NCBI RefSeq assembly: GCF_964355755.1
Contig: NC_092672.1
Location: 13,330,001 to 13,394,000 of the forward strand
DNA length: 64,000 nt
Direction: 5' to 3'
Source: Antedon mediterranea
Lineage: Eukaryota; Animalia; Echinodermata
In this document: piece by piece, positions 53,950 through 64,000 of the stretch
How positions within the stretch are numbered: position 1 is the stretch's first letter
Layout: the number at the start of each line of letters is the position of its first letter
Program-made: the position numbers and the translations under genes
Notes under the pieces: model-generated
What the model was told of the DNA's origin: nothing
Database searches by the model: none
The model's input: the letters and a program-made list of their open reading frames with translations, nothing else

Positions 53950-55715
53950 CTGGGCTAAAACAGTTTAATCGGCTAAAAAAATAGAGATTCCTTGTAATAT
54001 GTTCATTAACAGACATGACAATAATCAGATATCTATTGCTATGTTTTTTCATAATATGGCTGTATTTTTCTGATCTACATAATCTTCATTTTGTAATTGA
54101 AAATAACAAGAAATACAAAGATAAACTTTATATACTTTTTTACTTTTCATTATTATTTACAGTATATACAGAAGAAGAAAAATACAAATAAATATTACAG
54201 ATGTATTGTCCCCCAAAGTATTAAATAAATCAGACTTTGAATAGGTTACTTTGTAGTTTTAATAAAGTTAATTACTTCCTTAGAAAACAAAAACCAAACC
54301 AAAAACCTATTTGCTGTCAGCAAATTGAACTCTTTTTTTCTGGTAAATACATTTTTTTGTACCCAAATTTTGGATAACTATTATGTAACATTAAAATGGC
54401 ATATTCCAAAACAATTTTTGTAAGAATTATTTTTTCAGGGGACAATACATCTTTAACAAACATATTCAAATAATGTTAATTATAAAAATCTTTATTATTA
54501 TATCCAATTCGAAAGCAATTAAACCTGATTGAAATGAAATAAGTGAGGTATACAAAGAAGGAATGCAATTATGCAATAAATTATGGTTAAACATTTATTG
54601 CAACACACCTAATAAATTCTTGTAATTTGATTGGACAATTGTGGGTTACAGAAGCAGCTACGCGCATGATGCAATCTCTCCTTCACAACAACAATATCAA
54701 AACAATGCATAGACATAGATATAAGACATATAATATTTTATATTTGTGCGATGGTACATTAATAATTTCATCCTGTTAAATATGAAATTCTATTTAATTT
54801 CATCTTTCACCTTTGTACTATCACACTCATAAGCATTCATTATTTGTTTACTATTAAACTATTTAAAAAAAATGTTAACATCTCTGCCTGCTCCACCTGC
54901 AATTCAGAAGTGGCACTTAATAATTCAGTACAGTAATAACGTTTTTGTACCAGTTTCATCAGTTGCATGGAAACATTGTATTGCTATTCAGCCGCTAGGC
55001 TACAGGCCTAGCCTAGCTAGTCTAGCTAGACATTTTCACTCCTGAGGACAATCAAAAAGCATATTGATTGATACTTACAACTACATGTATGGTGTTGATT
55101 TTCACCATGTAAACCTTCAAATAATATCAAAACATCGACATACAGTACTACTCTTGTGAGCTTTCTCAATAATTTAAGAGACAGTTTAACAAATTTATCT
55201 GTTTGAATAAAAACATCCTGAGTGAGATCTCTTTGGTTGGGCTTTTTTACATACCTTTTTATTCCAACTTTTTAATAACAGTTTTAAAAAATAAAAATAG
55301 CTAATTAATCAAATCATTTTTTTCATTTTATTAAATAAATTATGGTCCCTTTATCTTAGCTAGTAGGCCTACAATCTTTTAATTGAAAACAAATTATACA
55401 GTTTTTTGTGTATTTTGTCCCATTCAATGGGTTCAATGTACTATTAGCAACATCCATTTCTTTTTTTTTTTGGAATGCAACACTGAAAACCAAATTGAAT
55501 GTTTTGTATTCATTGAATGAACAGAATATTTTTATTTGTTGCAAGATAGACTGCTCTATTTAACTCATTATTGAACACTTAAACATTCATTATTTGTATA
55601 AAACAAGACTGGTTTTTCACAAGCGCTGAATGAGGGAAGCACAAATTCAAGTTTGGCGGGACAACCCATTACTTGCTCTTAATTATATGAAGACAAACTT
55701 ACCTTGAAACTTTAA

Positions 55716-56987
55716 ATGATGTCTAAAAAAAGTAATAGGAAGCAATATGTAGAAATCGAAGGATGTAAATCTGATTACACAGAGATAACACACAGAGTGC
55801 CCCAGGGCTCAATACTGGGGCTGTTATTGCTTCTATTGTATGTTAATTTACCTGGTATATGTACGCAAACAGAAACAATAATGTTCGCAGATGACACCAA
55901 CGTTTTCTTAGAACATGATGATATTGATACTGCATTTAATATAATGAATAATGAAATACATCGTCTAAGTTTGTGGTTCAAAGCAAACATGCTTACTGTA
56001 AATGTAACAAAAACGAAATACATAATTATTGTTTAATGGAAAAACTAAACCACTTGATATTGGCCTAAATAAGCTCAAAATAAACGATGATGTACTAGAA
56101 CGTGTAGAAAGCATACGATTTCTTGGTATTGAACTGGACCAGTTCCTGACGTTCTCGTATCATGTACATGGCATATAGCCACCAAAATTTCTATTATGAT
56201 TGGTTCCCTAAATAAACTAAAAAAATCCTTCCCTATAAAGTCTTATTAACTATATACAACTCCCTGATCTTACCAAATATATCATATTGTATAACAGTCT
56301 GGGGCACTACTGATGCCAAAAACATGAAACGTATCCATTGTACTTAAAAAAAAAGCTTAAAAAAATTATATGTAAAACAAACCATCCATCTTTTACCACT
56401 ATTTATTAAAACTAATTCCCTTACCGTTTATGACCTATATAAAAAATGTGTTTCACTTTTTATGTTTAAATACAATAAAAATCAACTGCCATCAAATTGT
56501 CATCCTTTTTTTCGAACATATGACCCTATTCATGTACATGATACGAGAAACAAAAATAATTTGTATATCATCAAAAAGAACACAAACATGGGACAAAGGG
56601 GAATATCTTATGAAGGGCCAAGAATATGGAACAATATTAGTAAGGAAAATTAAAAGTTTATATATTATTGAATACAGGAACAATGTAAATAGGTGTTTAT
56701 GTGAAAATTGTATAATTTGTAATCGCATATAACTGAATTATCAATTGTTGTTTTTATAATAATTAATATCAATATTTAAAAATGTTAAAGTTTAAGTTGT
56801 TTCACTATTGAGAGGGGCGCCCAAATTAAAGCTTGCTTGCTGTGGCGTCCCTTTTCCACTTACCAACTTCTTTTCTTGCATTATATTATTTATGTTCATT
56901 ATCAGTTGTATATTTACAGTATTATGCTACTCTGTATTTTGCTTTATTATTTGTTGAAATAAATATTATTATTATATTATTATTATT
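55716..56987 (+). mobile_element. 5'-truncated, degenerate CR1/L2-group LINE (RT fragment, 3'UTR, tail)
   Basis: 'VPQGSILG.LL.LLYVN', 'MFADDT', 'WFKANMLTVNVTKTKY' and 'RFLGIELD' with frameshifts; AATAAA then an (ATT)n tail. Confidence 0.9.
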
Positions 56988-58224
56988 TCCTATCTAAATG
57001 AATAACAAGTGTAAATTATGTGAGGAGCATAAACATGCTTGAGTGTAGAGAATCATGTATGCAGGGCATACTAAAATAAATGGGAGAGAAAAGATGAAAA
57101 GGGAGAGAAGGAGGGGGATGGACGGAAGGAGGGGGAGGGACGGAAGGAGGGGGAAGAGAGAAGATAATAAAACTATCTAGGTTTTAATATTAGATACTTG
57201 GCTAGGGCATACATATTTCTTTGCAACATACCAAACTGATTGTTGACTGGGATATGAAAACAATAAGAAGATGGCAAGATGAATTTTATACCAACAGACG
57301 TAAATTAATTTATATTATAATATTTATTAACTAAAATGACTAAATATTATATTTATGACATGTATGCTGGATGGATCACCCTCGTAAAATGTTGTTGAAA
57401 TAAAAATATATAACTTTAAAAGAAGGTCACTGTGACTGTACATTTCAACCAACTAAGATACTGTGATGAAAATGCGCCCTCTACGGTTAATTACGGTTCA
57501 TTTATAAGGAATGTCCCGGGCCATGTGAGTGGAGTTGATTCAGAGCACTGGACCTGAACGGATGTATGAGCCTCATTGTCATTGTTGTACCTGTAATTTT
57601 TATACTTAGTTAGATAAGTCAGTGGGACACACCTGCTGCCGATCCCGGAAGTTATTAACGTGACCTGATCTAAAAACGTTACAATACTTTGGTAATTTAA
57701 AAAGAAGTGTGAACATAAATAAAATAGGTACAGTAATTAAATATCAAATATTAATCTGAATACTGTACTTTAAATTATATTTTTATTTTTATAGGAAATG
57801 TTGAAGACACATCAACTGGAAAACATGAGTGGCAGTTCATATTTCATAATGAAGATATCCGAGATAAATTTTATACGGGAAAACATGTGCGAAAGGGCAA
57901 CAGAACATGAGAGTAGCCAATTTTCTCAAGTGGATCAACACTGAACTGAATACCCACAACTCATTTGCCACCACAATTTCCACGTTTAATTTCTCTTGAG
58001 ACCGATATTTACAGTAGCTGGGAGTCGATCGCGTGATGATAGGCCGAAAAATTACAACGAATGAGACTCGACTCGAGAGTGACTATAACTACACTGTGTA
58101 TAATAAGATTCTATAATAATACAAGCAATACTGTATTTCAACAATCAACGGACTTAAAGACATTGAATTTATATAAAATTACAACATGAATGTTTCTAGA
58201 AAAGAAAAGAGAAGATGGGTACTG

Positions 58225-58440
58225 TATGCATTTGAGCCAGATGCAGTGCCATTTGACGATCAAAATGTTTCTCAGCTCAGCGGCAATGTCTGAGTTGAAC
58301 TCTAGCAGCCTAGGTCTGGCAGGAAAGCCACAACAAAATGGTGCACATGTGGGCATTGTAGGGTTATGACCAAAGAAATAGAATGCCTTTGCTGTAACGA
58401 AGTGGACGCAATCAGACAAAAGATGGAAGAGGATTGTGAA
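58225..58440 (+). pseudogene. KolX / P2X7 C-terminal-like Cys-rich domain remnant (probable Kolobok accessory gene)
   Basis: One frame reads 'YAFEPD'...two stops...'WCTCGHCRVMTKEIECLCCNEVDAI', a WCxCGxC..ExxCC zinc motif. Confidence 0.65.
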
Positions 58441-59344
58441 GCCCAATACAATTTAAAAAAAAGTATGCCTGGACAAAGACGCGAGTCTGAACCTACCCAA
58501 AGAGTCATAAAGGCTCATGAGAATTTAATCTACTTGTATTTTCCTAATTTATCTATTTACATTGTTTGTGTCACCATCGAACCTGACGCTACCTGTCATA
58601 AATCTCAAAGTCTTTTATCTAGCAATAATTACTTAGTGAGTACCTTCAAGGATATTTTTAAACTACAAAGCCACTCCAAAAGAGCATATTTCCACCTACT
58701 GTAAAATTCTCCTACATAAGATTTCTCACAGATTTCCTTATCTTATCGTTTCAAACTAATTAATACATTTACAGTATATCACCGGGCCGTTTAGAATTAA
58801 TGTTGTTTGCCTGTTGTGTTTATATATATAAAAAGTAATCTCACAGCACTTTAAAAATAAAAATACAAAGAAGAGACTTAAAATTGCATTTAGGGACTTA
58901 CCCGTGATAAACATCGTAGATTATTAGGAATCAGAGAATGTACGTTGTAAAAAAACTATACGCAATATGACCAGCATGAGCATTCAATACAATTAAAAGA
59001 TCAATATTGCATTTAAAAATAAATAAAAAGACGAAATAGGAATAGGATTGCTGGTGTTACATGTGCTGGTGCACTATGCAAATTAAATTTTCATCATTTA
59101 AATATGTCCTATTACAAGCGCCACCTTTTCGTTTAGCATTCAAAGTTCCAAGGCATTTGGTACAATTGATTCTTTCATGAAAATTTTAAATAACATGAGG
59201 TCCGGTAAGTCTATCCATTTGGTTTATTATTATTATTTAAATTATTAGTTTAAATTATGCAAAAAATAGCGCTACATTTTAGTGGTTGAGCATTTAAAAG
59301 AAGATCTTTTCGATGGTTTTCGCATATTGATTCAAAGCTTCATA

Positions 59345-60650
59345 ATGGCAACCAAGAAATCAACAAGCAAGCTAATCGTCGTTGAGCAATTCACCGAGCA
59401 AAAAAAAAGACACTCGGAAAGCAGTTACATTATGGGGATGCACAGTGAAAGTATAAATGAAGATGAGAAAGGACAAATCATCCCATGCTATATAAATGGA
59501 AATCCAGAGAGCGACGTGGCTAAAAAAGCCCTTGCTTTAGCGGTGGGAGACCGGTTCATTGCCACAAATGTAAATAGAGGAGGAGACAATCTCCGCCTCT
59601 TCAGTACTTCAAAAGTAAACTATCATTCCTTTTCTAAATAATTTAAACATCTTATGTGAAAAATAAGTCGTATAAAAACCTTACACGCAAAATCATTTAT
59701 TTTTTAAGTCATTTTACTTTTAAAATATAAATCCAATTTTACAATTTGTTTTTGTATTTTGATTTTCAGATATTTACGAAAGTTACTAAATTTGGTGTTG
59801 ACGATGAAGCTATACAGAAGTTCAAAACACCAGAGTTTGTATCCATGGCAGAAGCCAAAGGTCTCCCGGTTAAGAGAAGGCTAAGTTTAAATAGAGACGT
59901 TACAGAAGTAATTTGTTTTCATCGTACCAACCATGATTAATATGTCAATTATGTTTATGCATTTTATCTGCTGATTTTGAAGTTCTTTGCTAATAACCAC
60001 AAGTTTGTTTTCCTTTTTATTTAGCTTGGAGAATTTGTTTCAACAACAAAATATAAGAGAAAAAGTATTACACTCGAGTGTGATGATGTAAATATGGACA
60101 TTGTACTGTGGGGGCAAGTAGCCGAGGAAGCCAACGACCTAGTAATTGGGGAAAACGTGTCGATAACTGCCCTAATAAAAGAAAGTAATCGATTGGTTTC
60201 AACGCTTTTGAGCAAAATTGAAGTAAATATGAATTTAATATATTAATATACTACGTTCATGCATATTAGTGTGACAATGGAAAATGATTAGTACACATTT
60301 TTGTCCTTGGCAAAACATGACAATTGTACTTTTTAAATTGTATTTTTCAGGTGTCGGAATCTAAAGAAAAAGTAAGAATTGTTATTGGTATTGATGATTC
60401 CAATGGGTATGTCAATTTCAGACCACTGCTGCTCAGAGATTATACAATATTAACTATTCCATAGTTATCGTCAATTGCTTATACGTTTTTTTTTCTTTTA
60501 AGGTACCCAATTGACATTGTCCTCGAAAGTGGAGAAACTATTCTTGTACCAGAAGAGGTCAACTTTGATGTTGAAGCAGAATTACCTATAACGATTAAAT
60601 TTACAGTATCGAAAGAAAAAGTGACATCGATTTCTATTGTCGATGAATAA
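59345..60650 (+). CDS. Small tandem OB-fold (RPA/HIN-like) nucleic-acid-binding protein, 269 aa; exons 59345-59614, 59770-59907, 60025-60222, 60351-60406, 60503-60650
   Basis: Five GT-AG exons, 810 nt, no internal stop. OB-like 'RKSITLECDDVNMDIVLWGQVAEEANDLVIGENVSITAL...LVST..SKIE' and 'LAVGDRFIATNV...LRLFSTSKI'. A probable 5'UTR intron lies at 59206-59282. The fold call is by pattern only. Confidence 0.7.
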
Positions 60651-61399
60651 ATAAAAAAAAGAAAAAGGAAAAAAAAATGTTTAGTTGTGTTTTTTATTTT
60701 ATTTTAAATTATCTATAACTCATTTCAAAATGGATAATTGCTAAAGCGTAAAAAGGTATTCAATATTTTATTTTTGTACCGTGTATTAAAAAAAGGTAAA
60801 TTTAACATTACTAACTTAATTTAATAAATAATAAAACATAATTATGTAAATCAAGGAATTCTCAATATATGAACATAAGTAAAAAACTTATTTACTCAAA
60901 TTTCTTCTACACGTTAATATGTTGTTGCTGAAATAATTTCCTTCCGAAATTGCTACCTTCGCGTTTCATTTTAAAATCGTCGACATGTTAAAAATTGCAA
61001 TAAATGGCAGGTCCCATAATTTTACTTATTCTACACTGTATCTGATATGTATACAGATTATACTGTGTATACTATATGACACAAAATAACAGAATTCAGC
61101 AATAATAACATAATCATATTCTTCAGTTCAGGTCATAATGCCATAATCTTTATCTGTGTGCAATATTCCAACGTATGACATGCACGTGGCGTTTGTCGTG
61201 CGGATAACTAATTCGTCAAAGTGACGAGTTTCATGTCTAGACCTAGACAGAATAAGAAAATCTGGGAACCTGACAGGCTAGCCTAGCGAGATTAAACTTC
61301 ATATATGTCCGTAGAATAAACTAGGGTGTGGGACTCTTCAGGTGTTCCGTTTAGAAGGAGTAAAATTAGATTAGGAGATTATAGAAGTGGTGTTGATTG

Positions 61400-62810
61400 A
61401 AATTGAAACCAAAGAAATGCAGCCTGCTTTGTACCTGGGACACATAGTAACTAAAGACGGAGTAAAAACAGACCTGGCTAAGATAATAATGATACACTAA
61501 TGTGTATGTGATGTTGGAAGTCTCCTTGGCCTAGCTTCCTATTACCAAACATTTATACAGGTGTTTTCAGTTTTCAAATACTTTTTGGGGCGAAAACAGA
61601 CACAAAGCATTCCGGACTATAAAACAAAAATTACAACAATCCCCGATCCCTGCATATCCAGACTATGAACAGGAATTCATATTAGACACGAACGCGAGTT
61701 ACTACGGAATTGGAGGTTTCCTGTCTCAAATTCAGAACAGGAAAGTCCGAGTAATGGCGTACAGTAGTAAAACAAAATTATTGCGTTACCATGCTTTTAA
61801 ACTCTTGTGTATATCCCGAAAGATTGACTGACGATGCTTCACTCCGTTGGCTACTTAATTTTTAAAATCCAAAGGGACAAATTTGGCCCGGACACAAACA
61901 CGGAAATGCAGATGGATTGTCGAGACGTGTTTGTAAACAGTGTGGACGTGACGATGAGAATCAGTTTACTGAAATATTCCATGCCAGATTAACTAGATTG
62001 GAACTTGAAGTACAGACCTAAAAAATAAATAGGTAGTCTATATCCCGAGTATACCAAGCAAAACTTAACAATTCTAATCGTCCTAAATGGGAGGATATAA
62101 ATCCCGACAGGGTCAGGGTTACAAATTTGTTCTGTCATATAATGAGTGATGATACTCATCCTCTCTATGATGTGATTGTCAGGCATTATATCCCCAGAAG
62201 TAGATGTATGAGAGTTCCTGTTCCTTACAGTAATGTCTGTAATTTCTTCTTATGGAGATAATAAAGTATGTCGTATGTCGTATGACAAAAGACCTTATTG
62301 GATAATTTGGGACGTACTATATACGAGAAGGAGTGTATGTCGGCGATGGGAGGCAGCGAATGGTGACAGTACCAGCAGTACCTGGAAAGTCGTAGTTCCC
62401 TATACTTTAAGGAAGAGTTTAATAAACGAGGCCCATGTTTAATGATGATATGAAAATGAAAACGATTTTATTGGCCCAAAATGCAGCAGACAAATGTAAG
62501 GGCACATATTCGAATGCGTGTTCCCTGTGCGAAGCGCAAATCACCTCCAGAACGTAGAAAAGCTAAGCTACAACAGTGGCCTGTTCGAGAACCGCTAGAA
62601 AGAGTCCCATTGGCAGTCTTGGACCATTTCCTATATCGGAACGTGTTAATATGTATGTGTTAGTTTCAATGATTAATTTTTACATTCCGATCAGGGACGA
62701 AATTTTGAGTCAACAATTTAAAGAAACAAAATCAGAACTACCCCATATAACCATGCAAAAACGTATAAGAAGGCAGAAAAAGTTGTACGATCATCGTACC
62801 AGATACTAGT
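61400..62810 (+). mobile_element. Highly degenerate Ty3/Gypsy pol remnant (RT, RNase H, integrase N-terminus)
   Basis: 'YLGHIVTKDGVKTD', 'LLGLASYY', 'AYPDYEQEFILDTNASYYGIGGFLSQ', 'HGNADGLSR' and an integrase zinc-finger region, in RT-RH-IN order with many frameshifts. Confidence 0.85.
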
Positions 62811-64000
62811 TACCCCTGCCGAGATCGGCGTCCTTCAAAAGATATCTAGGGGTAAACCTGCACTTTTATACGTCAATGAAAAGAGCGAACTGAGTTTGGA
62901 ATAGGATCATATAAAAATAACGACCCTATCCCATCATCAGCACCAGCTTCTCCTAGTACAGCAAAACACAGTCATGCAAGTAATGCGCTGCAAGATAATA
63001 TTGTTACTGAGTGGTGGTACGATTACCGTGTGATGCGGAGTGGAGACGTGTTGCAAATAGAAGAAACCTCCTGCCATTAAACAACTTTCCAGGGACCTCT
63101 CTCACTCTTCGTTTTGATTTTGAGTGAGTGAGACGTAAAGTTACTTTGGACCGTTCATCCCGTTGTTCTTGTATTTTTGTTGTTAATCAAAAAACGAATA
63201 TTTCGAGTTAAAAAATGTGAAGGTTCCATAAGATATTGCATCATTTGTAAAGTTACTAGATGACGAACAGAAAATACATGCATTGAATAATCTCCAAGGA
63301 ACAAAAAATTCGCTAAACATCGCTGCCTACATCAAATCAATGGACAAGAGTATATAAAAAATCTTGGTTAAAAAAAAAATTGGTAACTGGATAGTTATAA
63401 AGGGTAGCTACATTACAACTAAACAAAACATTACTTGAATGTTGAAGAGTGCACAGGCAATCTACAAAGCTCATTAAGTTTCTGCTTATTTATTTAGATT
63501 ATTAATTATTTTATATTCTTAAAAAAAAATTAGTTATATTTAAATTGTTTTGTAATTTGATATAATCAATTTAAAGCGTATTAAAACACCTTGCTACTAT
63601 AAAGTACTGTACAAAAAACTTTGGTCCACTAAGAATACGTAGATTTAATTTTCTCATTTAAATTTGTTTAAAATATTTTCTCTTTGTATTTTAGATTGAA
63701 TACTTTCAGTTAGATCAACAATTGTTTTCTATATACCTCCTGGGGTAAGCAACCAATAAATTTGAATTATTTATAGGGCATCTATTTATATATGGGGCAG
63801 ATTGTTTAACAAAGATTACACCTTTGATTCATAATAAAGAATTAGTAGTTAAAATTAGTTTAAGTACGTTTTTATTATATAACAGTGTTTGTTGATTCAG
63901 TCATGTAGAGTATTCATTATGTCCTTTTCGTTTGCTTCTAATACGAAATTTGAATTTAAGGCTATAATATTACCATGTGTTCTTAGTATTTCAGAAATGC

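Overview
AT-rich animal genomic DNA with spliceosomal GT-AG introns. An invertebrate deuterostome such as an echinoderm is my inference, from the expanded intronless peptide-type GPCRs, the TAGGCCTA-rich tracts and the repeat set. I reconstructed four intact multi-exon genes by hand, with phase-consistent splice sites. (1) A 5-exon minus-strand gene of about 793 aa with ankyrin repeats, a synaptotagmin-like C2 domain and a long disordered tail (18656->14378). (2) A 7-exon CTDNEP1/Dullard phosphatase of 242 aa (43385->38295). (3) A 2-exon Mab-21/cGAS-like (cGLR-fold) gene of 459 aa (47599->52657); about 95% of its single coding intron is a 3.5-kb fold-back element with arms of about 1.2 kb that starts 7 nt after the 5' splice site. 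(4) A compact 5-exon tandem OB-fold gene of 269 aa (59345->60650), next to a KolX/P2X7-ballast-like pseudogene. The left end holds a cluster of class A GPCR pseudogenes. The rest is a dense mix of mobile elements: tRNA- and 5S-derived SINEs; non-autonomous DNA elements resembling hAT (5-bp TSD), Kolobok, Ginger, Academ, Harbinger and Mutator, some triple-nested; Helitron-like elements; LINE and Gypsy remnants; and three tandem arrays. All family calls come from motifs read by eye; no searches were run.
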